Shown piece by piece: positions 48,300 to 64,000 of a DNA stretch of 64,000 nucleotides (positions are counted from its first letter, which is position 1; the number at the start of each line of letters is the position of its first letter). This stretch comes from the human T2T-CHM13v2.0 reference genome, Homo sapiens. The notes under the pieces are model-generated. The model saw only the letters and a program-made list of their open reading frames with translations. It did not search any database and was not told where the DNA came from. A program made the position numbers and the translations under genes. Location of the stretch: NCBI RefSeq assembly GCF_009914755.1, contig NC_060941.1. The stretch is one strand, 5' to 3'.

Positions 48300-49990
48300 T
48301 CTTCTTCAACAGCTAGTTCAGATCATGTCTCCAAACCCCACCCTTTCCCAGTTCTCAGCCACTGACTATTTCCACTTAAATCTGAAAAACATACGACAAA
48401 CTTGCTCAACCTCCCAGTATCAGACAAACCCACTTATTTCTGCAGGACTCTCCTCACATCTAGAGAGAGGATTCATCCCTGCCTAAGCCCACTTATCTGT
48501 TCCTTCTCCAGCACTCTTAGAACCTGAAGGCATAGACTGTCCCCGCTGTACCGGATCCTGGAGTTTCGACTGCTTCCTCTCTACTGGATCTTTCCCATCA
48601 GCTTTAAACATGTTACGTCTCCTTCATTCTACAGACAAAACCAAAACACTCCCCTCAACGCTTTTTCCTCCTCCAATTATTGTCCTTTGTCCTTCCCTTC
48701 ACAGCCATGCTTCAAAGGCTTGCCTGTCTCCAGTTCCTCACCTTCCCCCATCAGGGTCCCTTCCCTGAAACGGCATTGGCTAAGGTCACCAATGACTTCC
48801 ATGTTGTTAACTCCAGTGGGCATCTTTTACTCTCTTATTCAACAGTTTTTTAAAAAATTCTTTTAAATCTGGTTCACTTAACTTTGTATTTCCTTCATAT
48901 AGATCTCTGGCCACTTCTCCTTTGTGGCGTATCTTCCTGTACTAGGCTTTAAGTATAAGAATTCCATAAAGTTCAGTCCTGGGCCCCCTTTCTCCTCACT
49001 CTACACTCCTCCTCAGTGATCTAACACCCCAGGATTTCAATGGCACCCCTAAAACTATATCTCCCAGAACCATCTCTCCAGTCCCAACCTCTCTTCTGAG
49101 CTCTAGGCTTATCAACTCAACAGCCCATGTGATACCTCCATTTGGATTTCTCAAGGCATCTCATAGTCAACAAGTAAAATAAAATCAATGACCTGATTGC
49201 CCTCAAGCCTGTTTATCTTCCCATTGGTCTCACTTCGGTGAATCCATCTATTCACACAAGCCGGAAACCTCTTCATCCTTACTCTGTCCAATTCATCAAG
49301 TTCTGCCAAATTTGCTTCCTAAAATCCCTCTCATATAGATGTACTCTTCTCCAGCTGCGCCACCTTCCTACTTCAAGTTCTGTCATCTCTTCCCTTCTTC
49401 CACCCCCAACCCCAATGCTAATTTTTCCATACTCTAGCCAGAGATCTTATTAAAATGCAGATCTTGTCATCCCCTGCTGCCTAAAGCTCCTCCATGGCTT
49501 TCCCATCGCTCTAGTTTAAGTATCTAAATCCTAATGTGACCTACGAAGGTTCTGCCACGGCTTCCAACTTGCTCTCACACCTCTCCACACTCTAGCCACC
49601 TGGCCTGCCCTAGGCTCCTGGAACAACACACTAAGCTCCCTCCTGCCTCAGGGTTTTATGAATGCAATTTCTGTGTGTGGAATGTGCCTTCCCAAGTACC
49701 AAGCTGACAGCTCCTCATCCTTCAGTTCTCACTTCAAGAGCTGATTTCTTAGAAAGGCCTTTCTGGATTCCCCAGACAAGATAGTTCCACGCAGAGGATC
49801 TCACAGTACCCTACACATTTCCTTCAGGGTGCTTACCATGCTTTGACATTATTTGTGGGATTATTAAGGATAATCTCGTCCCATTAGACTCCAATGACTA
49901 CAGGGAGCAGTTAGTTTTACTCACTGTTGTATCCCTAGAAACTAGAACAGTCCTTGGCACATAGTAAATGGAATGTATAAATGAACTATT
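48300..49990 (+). mobile_element. LINE-2 3' portion
   Basis: ggtcaccaatgacttccatgttg, tcagtcctgggcccc-tttctc, aacctctcttctgagctc, and terminal tggcacatagta...aaatgaa. Confidence 0.75.
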
Positions 49991-50276
49991 AGCAAAGAAA
50001 ACAAAAAGAGCTGTAAAAACTCTTGGCCAAACCAAGGCAGAGATTCTTAAATATTGGTGGGAGAAGACCCTCGGGATCACCTGTTGGCAGGCGTGCTGAC
50101 CACTCTCAAATGCCCTTTTCTTCTTTTAAAATGAAAAACTGTTGTTCAGAGATAATGGGGCAGAAAGGATGCAACTACGGAGAAAACTCCATGGAATCAC
50201 TGAAGATTATGTTGGATAACATGTCAGTCACAATGTCTACTTTTCATTAGTGTTTCAATAAAATACACACTTCTGG

Positions 50277-53152
<2,876 letters not shown>

Positions 53153-56009
53153 AACTCTCCCTATTTCAAGTGAGCGTTATAAGTGGATGTGTCCACTTTT
53201 ACTACCAGGCAAACTCCTGGATTTTCACCTTCTCTTTGGTCCTTGGGTCTAAGCTCCAAAGCTTTCCCTTTGCCTCCTGTTGTTTCTTGGCTCAGAGTCA
53301 GGCTGAGTGACCTTGAGGAAGTTACGTAGCTATCTTCCCAAGCTATACAATTGGAATGAATGGGAGCTGTGCAAGACAAGCTGGCAAATGTTTAGAACTC
53401 CTGTGAGATCTGTAAACTGCAGGTATTGGAGCTACATCCCCAAACTAGAGTTACACATATTTTATCTTCGTAACATTTCTCCCCTGGAGTTGATCCCCTT
53501 CAACTCCTTAATCATTTCAGTTGCTTGCACTGAATTCCCTCAAGTCTAAAATTCTTTTTTTCCTAGAGCTGCAGAAATCAAGACCAAACAGTATTCCAGA
53601 TGCCACTTTCTACTCCAGCAACTATAGGATTTACAGAGGGGGAGGGATCATCTTGCTAATGGCTCAGCAGCATAAAGATCCCATCAGTCAACAACATTCA
53701 AGTTCCTGTTCTCATCCGGAGGTCAAAGCTTCTGGTTCTCCCAACTCATTATCCCAAATACTGATCATCCTACATTTGCTTTCCTGCTCACTGTCTCCAT
53801 GAGGTGTCCATCTATTGGGTCAAAGGCCCCAACATGGCGCGGTCACCTCTGAAATTAAAAGAAGGAAAACGCATTCACCTTGTGCATACACGTACATAAA
53901 GAGCAGCCCAACGATACTCACCTGAATGTTAGATTAGTCAGCAAGCCATTAGAAATGAATCTAAATGATGTAGGGCAGAGTTCAGTGACAAGTCAAGAGA
54001 TAAAGGAAACATACAGGGCTCAGGCTGATTAAAAAGATAATTAGTTGTGGAAAATAAGGTTGGGCTCCAGCCCAGAATTTGTCTTTGACAAAGATAAACC
54101 AAAGGCTTTGATACAGTCATTTTGGGGGGATTTAGTTGTTCTTTTATAGGAGTTGAAGAGCAAGAACAAAGCAACAGTCAGTTTCAAAGTGCAGCTCAAC
54201 TCCCCCTCTGTTTGTTGTTCTGCTCATAAACATACAAGCTGTTTCCTTTCATCTGCACAGGCTCATACAATATGGAGATCCCACAATAGATTTACACCAG
54301 ATTTAAAGATGAATGTGCAGAGCTGTGGTCAAGCCAGGGATCTTCCGGCCTAAGAAAGATCTCAATGTGCCTGGCTGGAATTAAAAAAAATACAAGAGAA
54401 AGCTCTTCAAGACCTAAAAGGCTTTAACAGTGAAAAAGAAAAGAGGAGCATCTCTTACCCAAATTGTTAAAACCCACAAAGGTGTTTGAGATGCCTAGTA
54501 ACAATGCAAAGAGCTTTAATCTTTACATAGGGAATGGGGAAAATTTTCCATAGGTGGTCGGATATATGGGGTAAGCTGACAACACAGGGGAAGGGGAGAT
54601 GGGGATGATGCCAGATATTCTATGTGGAACTGAAACTGCAACTCCAATGGTTCTGCGAAACTACTTGCCCGAAATACTGTTTTGATAAATAAGCCATATC
54701 CTCGTGGAATTGAAATCTCCAACTGCTTCACTGGCACGGACATCTCTGCAGTGACAGCTCATGCCCCAGATTGTGGAGTTAACTTGAATTAAATTTCAGA
54801 TGTGGGGGAGCTAAGGGAGGGGGGTGGTGGCAGTGGGAGGTTTATGAACAGTATGCTGGGGCTCTGATGTTGTCATAACCAGATGGCTTCAACTGTATCA
54901 TTTAAAACAAAAACAAACATGTCCAGAAAGAATGAAATAATGACAGAAGCATCCAGTAGCTTTACCTGTACCTGAAATCCCAACAGCTTTGTACCCACAG
55001 TAAAGCCCAAGTTGGAAATTCCATAAATATTGAAGATCCCAGAAGAGACCTTCATCCTGACAGAAGCTAGGTGCCAGGACTGCTGTCCTCCTGAGGGCAT
55101 AGTCCCTGAACTCACCAGCATCCCAACCCACAGCTGTCTGTGAATGAAGAGGAAAGCAAATCTGAAGCCTGGTTTGTCCTTCTGGAACCTCTGAAGAACA
55201 GGCCAGCAGAGGCACCTTTCCAGAGCTTTGTTCTTGCTATTCCCACAGGAAGGAAGCTTTACTTTCAGTTTTGTACCTAAACATTTCAGAAATGGAACTT
55301 CCTCCAGTTAATTACGTAATCTTCAGGATACTCCATTAGAAGATCTGGCATTCAATAGTTGTATGATCTGAGGCATGTCCCTTCTCTGGGTTTCTGCTTC
55401 CCTCATCTACACAGTGGGAAGATGCCATATCTCACCTGTCCCACCAAGTTCGTCAAGTTGTTGGGAAGTTCAGATGAAATACTGTATATAAATTTAGCTG
55501 GAAAAACCTAAGACGATATGGGTAGAGGAGACTTTGAGTTCGCCCGGATTCTTGGACTTGTGTGCTGATCTGGAAAGCTAGGATGGAGGAGGCACAGGAC
55601 AGCAGCCAGCAGCCAGCAGCCAGCACATGCAGAACTGGGTACTTCCTCACACAGGGGACGCTTCCCAGGGGAAACCGGGAATTGCAATGGAGTGGTTTCC
55701 AATAAACTAATCCTGCCTTTGATTATGTTAGTAACAGATCATATTTATCCATTCTAGAGGCAGTAAGATAAATGAAAAGTCGGAAAATGTACAAAGTCTA
55801 AGGTCCACTGAAGGGAAATAGAAGGAGAAATAGGTTGAGGTTCCATCAAAGGTAAAAAATACACAGGCTGGCCAAATAGCTGATGCATTCTTCAATATAT
55901 CCCACTGTCCTAACAGAGCCACAAAAAAGGCAGACAGGGAGCCCCAGAACATTCTTGTGAGCTCCAGTATTAGCTTTTCTGGAAACACATCAAGTCAATG
56001 ACAGAACCA

Positions 56010-57503
56010 GTTAGAGACAATAATTTCCCTTTATTTAATCTCCACATTTATGTCCCCTGGATCTTTTTATATTTAGTTAGAAGAAGGGAGGTGGGGATTA
56101 GGTCTTAAAACATACGGGGGGCAGTTTAAAAGCCCACTACCATTACTTGCCTTGGCAGAGGTAGGGGCCTGATCCCTCATCAGGATATGGACTGTGAGAT
56201 ACTCAGGGAGGACAAGAGACTGGCAGATGCTGATAGCTCACAAAGAGAACTTGAGATTACGGAGTCTCAACAAATCCCTGCGACTCATTAGGCATTTCAG
56301 ACATAATCTCTGCAAGCTGAAAACTAGGACTTCAAAATCCCTTAAGCAAGGGACTCAGACCCAAGAGACAAGGCAGGTGAGTGAAACAAAAGACCAGAGA
56401 TACCACACAGTACAAAATAGTAATTATTTATATTTTCAAAAAAAAAAAAATTAACATTTGGAAGTTCTCCCCTGGAGGAAGAGGGGCTAGTCAGAAGGAA
56501 CAGAACTGGCTCCTATGCAGGCGGCAAGTCAGGTACAAACAGCTGAGCAATCTGGGCTGGGATTTTATCACACAGCATTTTTAATTGATAAAATTTCCTT
56601 CTCTCTTCTTTTGTTCTGTTTTTGTTTTGTGTGTTTTTTTTTTTGTTTGTTTTTTAGAAAAAGGGGTGGGGGAGAAGAAATAAAATCAGAGAAAAATGCC
56701 CAAAAACATTTTCCACAATATCTAAAAACAGAGAACCATAGTTCTTGTCAAGACAATATGAATTCTGGATGAGTTATTTTTTCCAGTTTTCAACACCAAT
56801 AAAGATTTTTGCAAAAGCCACCACATCAGAACACTCATCTTCCAGATCAAATAACCTTCCCCTTTTGCCTTCACTTGTCATTTTTCATAAAAGGATAAAA
56901 GGATGTATTCTGTTCTTGCAAACAATAAGTGCTAACAACAAGAGAGCTCTTCTGATGCTTGTATGGTGGTAAGGAGTTTTCACAAATATCCAAGTTTTAG
57001 CACAGTTAGAAGGACTAAAATTTGTTTCTCTCAATATAAATACTACTGGAATCCACAAACTGATTTTTGAGAAATTCTGCAAAAATCTTTTCTTCTTTCC
57101 TTTTCCCTTCTGTTAAAACTCAATGTCCTTTCTTTTTTTTTTTCCTTTTTGCTCCAGGCACCTGACGATTTGTTCTGCTCAGTCAGATGCAGACAGGTGT
57201 CTCCGAAGTACCACCGCTGGGATATCCTCGGGCCAGCGCCTAAACTGAATCCCCACAGTATCAAACTCAGCCAGGCCAAAGGGAACACAGTGACGCAGCA
57301 ACAGGGTTTTCATTTCATTTTCCCTCCCCCCGTTTCCCCCAAGTTATTTAGTGCTGTTTTAAAAGTCTGGGGCCACAATGCAGTCTCTTCCCCTCACAAC
57401 AGAGTAAAAGCTCCACAGATTGCGCTGTCTACCTGGTGGTCAGTGGCAGCAACAGTGGCTGCTGCTTCTGGAAATTAAACGGAGTCTTACAACAAGCAGG
57501 ATC
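56010..57503 (-). other. SPOP: SPOP 3' UTR
   Basis: Repeat-free AT-rich sequence between the stop codon and the poly(A) signal. Confidence 0.8.
56030..56035 (-). terminator. SPOP poly(A) signal (AATAAA overlapping ATTAAA on the - strand)
   Basis: Minus strand gATTAAATAAAggg followed by TG/T-rich sequence; ~1.47 kb after the SPOP stop. Confidence 0.75.
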
Positions 57504-57701
<198 letters not shown>

Positions 57702-58990
57702 TCAACAGCCACCTAGATAGCCTAATTTTCCACTGTTAGGTATAAAGGGTGTCAATGCAAGAAACAGAAGAACCCTTAATATGCATAAGAATTTGCTTGT
57801 TAGACAATGAGCAGACTGGTGACTTGCCTGTGGCTGTCGTCATCTGAAAACCAAGACTTTGAGCCACTATATTCTCAAAAACAAAAAGCAGAATGTTCCC
57901 CAGGCCCCCAACACTGCCTATGTTCCTTATATTCACCGGTGATGCTAGTCATAAAAAGGAGCATGGGCTCCCTCGGCCAGAAGCCCTGAGCTTCTGCCTG
58001 GCTTTGCCACTCACCAGCCTTTAACCACAGGGCAGATCAGAGCCTGGGGCCTACTTGATTATCAAAAAAGAGGGGAGGATAACCATACTTCATTCAATGG
58101 TTAATATCTCAAAAGCACCAAGCAAGTGTCCAGCACACAGTAAGCACTCAAAGGAACTCACACTGATGGGTCTCTCCCCTCCCTCTTCTGCCTCACTTGA
58201 TCACTCCTTAGAAAATAATTCTACAACTAGACCTAGAGGATGTTATTTCCTGTCTTTGGGAATTTTCTATGTTGAATATTGTTCACTCATCCACCTGGAA
58301 TGTCTCAGACCTGTCCTGCCCCAGAACTGCTGTTGTGAGGGCTTTTCTTCTTTGGGTTTTTTCCAGCTTTTGCTCTCTCCATGGGGCAAGGGAGTAGAAC
58401 ATGTCCCACTGAGAAGATGGGTTGTAGTTACAACTCATCTTTCATATTATTATTCTTATTATTTCATATTATTATTATTCCATATTATTATTTCAGAAAG
58501 TAGTATTTCCAGGTCATTTGTCACTTAAGATGAAGGAACAGACCTAGTGGAATGAACATTTCTTTCTCAAAACAGTGAAACCAGCTACTGATGATCCCTT
58601 CTTTTTTCCTTATTCTACAACCAAACATGAGGTACATTTTACTAACTCATAAACATATGTCTATCCTCCTAGAAATCTACATGTCTTTTATTAAGTCACT
58701 CAGTGTGAAGTAAAGATACTATCATTTGGGGCATACAGCTTTTTCAGGCCAGCAAGTTATTTTCATCACTTCGATTCACTATGAGGAAGTAAAACACTTT
58801 ACTCACCAATAGGATTCAACCCATGAAGTCAATTCCATACGGTCAACTGAAGGAAAAGATGAAAACTCTATTCTTACTGCCAAAAGGTTAATGAAGCTAC
58901 TTGCCTGCTTTACCCACTAATTCAAAGCCTTTCTCATTTCTTCAGCTATCCAACTATTTTGAAAGAAGAACTTTGAAGATGCCAACTCAC

Positions 58991-59133
58991 TAGTTGATGA
59001 AATCCACTGCCTGAGTTTTCAACTGATCTGCACTGTGGAGGTCGGCCAGGATGAGAATTTCTGCAGCGTTCTCCACGGACAGGTTACTGCAGAGGGCATC
59101 CTCACACATGACCTTTAAGCGCTCCAGGGCATA
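58991..59133 (-). CDS. SPOP: Speckle-type BTB/POZ protein, penultimate coding exon (BTB end, 3-box/BACK)
   Basis: ttttacag|[50 protein letters not shown]+TA|gtgagt; 143 nt; missed by the ORF track; upstream exons lie beyond the window end. Confidence 0.97.
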
Positions 59134-62100
59134 CTGTAAAACACAAGCACTGCTGTCATCAGAGCAGCAATAGTTCTGGGCTGACCACTACTGAAGCTGT
59201 TTTCTTTAGCTGTACCATCATATTAACTAGATACTTGAATAGAACTGCACAGACCATGAAAAGCTACTACTGCAATGATAAAACATAACCATTTCTGAAG
59301 GTTAGATGTTTAAGCTTGAAATGTAAACAGCTAAAGTAACTTGGAAAGCTGCCATTAGAGTTCTAAAGTCTACCTATTAGAAAAATGGCAATTACAGGGT
59401 AGATCTGCATCCTGAAGTTTACTCTCCTCCTGACTGTGATGAAAGTTGTTCTTAAACCTTCACCACTTACAATTACAGTGAGGCATCAGTCTGCTTCACG
59501 TCAACAGGGCAACTCAATGGTCTGCCCTTCTAGGCCCTGCGGTCTGTGGAAACATGATCTGTGGGGAAGGGTGAAAGAATTGGTGTCTACCCTGTGAAAT
59601 CCCTTATTTACTGCAATCCCCTTAGAGCCAGAAGAGGGTGAAGCACAGTCCTTTTGACTTAAGCACTGTCACTAGCCCAGCAAGATATCCCAACTGGCCC
59701 ATCAGGTTGTGAAAAGGAGCCCTGTGGTGACTTTTACCAACACCTCTGCCACTAGTTGTTTCTGAATGAGGGTCAACTAAAGGCCTCCTTTTAAATAGAG
59801 AAGGATAAATAGAGTCTTATTTTACTGGGGTTGAGGTTAAGCTTCTCAGGGTAAAAGGACAAAGTGGCAGAGAGCCTAAATGCAGTTTCAGTTTAAAAAC
59901 TTCAGTTTAAAAACTTGTATTTTCTAAGAAAAGGGCATAAATGTTCTTGAAATGGAAAGCCTAGGTTAATGCTGGGCACATCTGATCTACTTGATTGGTT
60001 CAGATACAGCTCTACCACTTGTTCTCTAATATGAGATTATGAACTTACTAGGAACTTGAGGGATAGGAAAGAGGAAGGAAATACAAGGAGGCACAAAATA
60101 AAATGTCATTGATCAGTTCACAGGAAAACAGTTTGCTTTGAGGCTATGCACAGTCTCCTTATAGGCCCCAGCTTGAAGGCCCCAGAACTCAATGACACAA
60201 TGCCCCTTCAGGGTGAATCATGGCAATCAAATCAGGACAATTTAATTGTTATGAATTCTGGGTGAGGAGGCATATCTGCTGGCACTGTGATCTCCTGCAG
60301 CAAAAAAGAGAGGTTTTATTGGTTTTGGTGCAGCTTTAATTTTTTACATTTGAGTAACTGGAAAACAGTTTCCATGGAAAACAGGAATAACATTAGATAA
60401 GCAAGAAATGAAGTTGCCGTTTTTGTTTTAAAAGGCTGAAATGTTCAGTTTTTTATACAGTGCTGCCCAGACGATTCCTCTTATCCTTTCTCAATACATT
60501 CTTTTAAAAGGACTTTTACTGTGAATAGCTCTGATCCCTATTGCATAATTAGACAAAAGTAGCCATTCTTGTCCCTTGGGGACAAAGTTTTTTCTTAATT
60601 ATGCTTCTGAAAAACCTGCCTAATGGCAGTACTTACCCAAGAGATGGAAATTGTGTCTCCCAGGCCTAGCCCAACGAGTTTTGTTGTTTTTGGTCTAATT
60701 ACACATGTCCCCAGGAGACTGGAAAAGCTTAAGAGAAGCTGTTTCAGCCTCTTGGGTAAATTCTAGATGTTTAGATCATTCCATGAAAGATTTCTTATTC
60801 TGTTTTCCTAAAACTCACGAAGAGGTGTAAAGGTAAAAACGTTTTCAAATAGGCTTGAAGCAAAAACTGTCTAGTTGGAAATTCTGAATGGAATTTGAAA
60901 ATACACCCTTCAATTACTTCTCATTCATAAATTTAAAGCACTGCCGTGATTCAACAGCTTTATCTTTTAAAACCACAAGTTAACACATTGTGCTGAAATG
61001 CTATCCTTGAAATGGCAGTTCAGGCTGATCACCATGCCCTGTGTACTTACAGTAGGTTACCAGTAGGTTTTCTGGCTAGGGAGCAAGAATGAAAACTAAG
61101 GGACATGGCAGAAGTTTAATCTTGGCTCTGCGGATATACAACTCTGAGCCTTAGTATTTCTGTCTAAAAAGTGGGCCTTGCAATACTTATCCTTATGGAA
61201 TCTAGAAGATGAGAGGATAAACACATGATGTGTATAAGTACAAGTGACCACTTCCTTAAAAATCAGAGCACAGATCAGGCAGAATCATAATTAACTTTAT
61301 AAAAGGCAGTTATTGGATTGTGTCTTCTACTTTCCCAGAGCTTGCAGTGAATATTTTCTTACTGTCTCCATTAAAAGCAAGTTTCCCCTGGTCAGAATTG
61401 AGGTAGACTGGAAGGGTATGGAATTTTCACATTGCTTCATTGTACTCATAAAGTCTTGAAAAGTGACAAGAAAGATACGGTTATTATTCCAATCTTCTTC
61501 ATCAGGAGCACTGATGGCATTTACCTGCCCCATCCTCCACATACACTCCAAAAGCTGATCAATAAAGATAAAACCTCCACTATAAACACAGGCACTTTCC
61601 TCTGTCCTCAGGCACAAAGGGAGGTAGGAGACTATCCCATGAGCAAACCCTGGAAGGCTCTTGTGTCCTTAGACCAGAGCCCACTTTTCCCTCCAATGGG
61701 TATTGCAGCATCACAGCAGGAAAAGGAGGTGCTTTTGGCAGATAACCCTCTTTCTCACAGGGTCTACTGCTGGCAGGATCTACGCCCTTCTCCCATCCTC
61801 ACGCCAACTCTACTTGTCCGCCAACACAGGAAAAGCTCCCACAGGGTAAACACCAATTCTTTCACCCTTCCCCACAGGTCATGTTTCCACAGACCGCAGG
61901 GCCTAGAAGGGCAGACCATTGAGTTCTCTCTCTGATGTACCTAAACAATGAAAGTCCGTTTCCCAATGTGCGTTTTGGGGACCACTAATCTTGCAGGTGA
62001 TCCTTGAGAAAAAGGATTCCAGGGTTAACTAAATTGGAGAAATGCTGTCTATCATAATTCCTGTTAGAAAATTCACAGTAACATTAATATGCCACATGTT

Positions 62101-62382
62101 CTGAGAAATCCTGCAGTAAGATAGCAACTATTTGTCTTGGTTAAACTCAGTATTTTTCATAAGACTTTCCCACCAACCTAATATCTGTTGATATTTCACC
62201 TTATTTTGGGAATCACTGACCGAATTATTTTAGGTAATCATCATATGTCTTTGATTCTAAGATCTGCATTTTTATTTCCACACTTGAACACTTCTCAAAT
62301 TGAAATGTGTCATGAAGTACAATTTATTCTACTATTAAGCTATTAATTCTCTCATAATTTTGAAGAAATACTGTTTATTTCA

Positions 62383-63990
<1,608 letters not shown>

Positions 63991-64000
63991 TTACTGATAA

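Noticed and set aside
61432-61935. 167-aa ORF in the SPOP intron as an extra exon or gene
   Set aside because: Opposite strand to SPOP, non-ATG start, no similarity to BTB/MATH or any family I recognise

Overview
Human-type genomic DNA: GC-rich and dense in Alu, L2 and MIR elements. I recognise it as the 17q21.33 interval just distal to NGFR. It holds the complete two-exon NXPH3 gene (neurexophilin-3, + strand, 252 aa, CpG-island promoter, two candidate poly(A) signals). Converging on it from the - strand are the last two coding exons and the 3' UTR of SPOP. The first ~32 kb is non-coding, with a solo MaLR LTR, a near full-length Tigger1 split by eight Alus, a 30-motif GGAA microsatellite, a ~720-bp AT-rich array with an internal inversion, and divergently oriented CTCF motifs. 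The least explained structures are (i) a family of degenerate ~42-bp tandem arrays related to the LINE-2 3' end, at six places including the NXPH3 intron and 3' UTR; (ii) a 149-bp, 96%-identical inverted repeat between NXPH3 and SPOP; (iii) phased E-boxes and a strong-Kozak uORF in the NXPH3 leader; (iv) a 47-bp templated insertion copied from 2.6 kb away. Repeat subfamily names and repeat boundaries were judged by eye and are approximate. Novelty could not be checked against any database.
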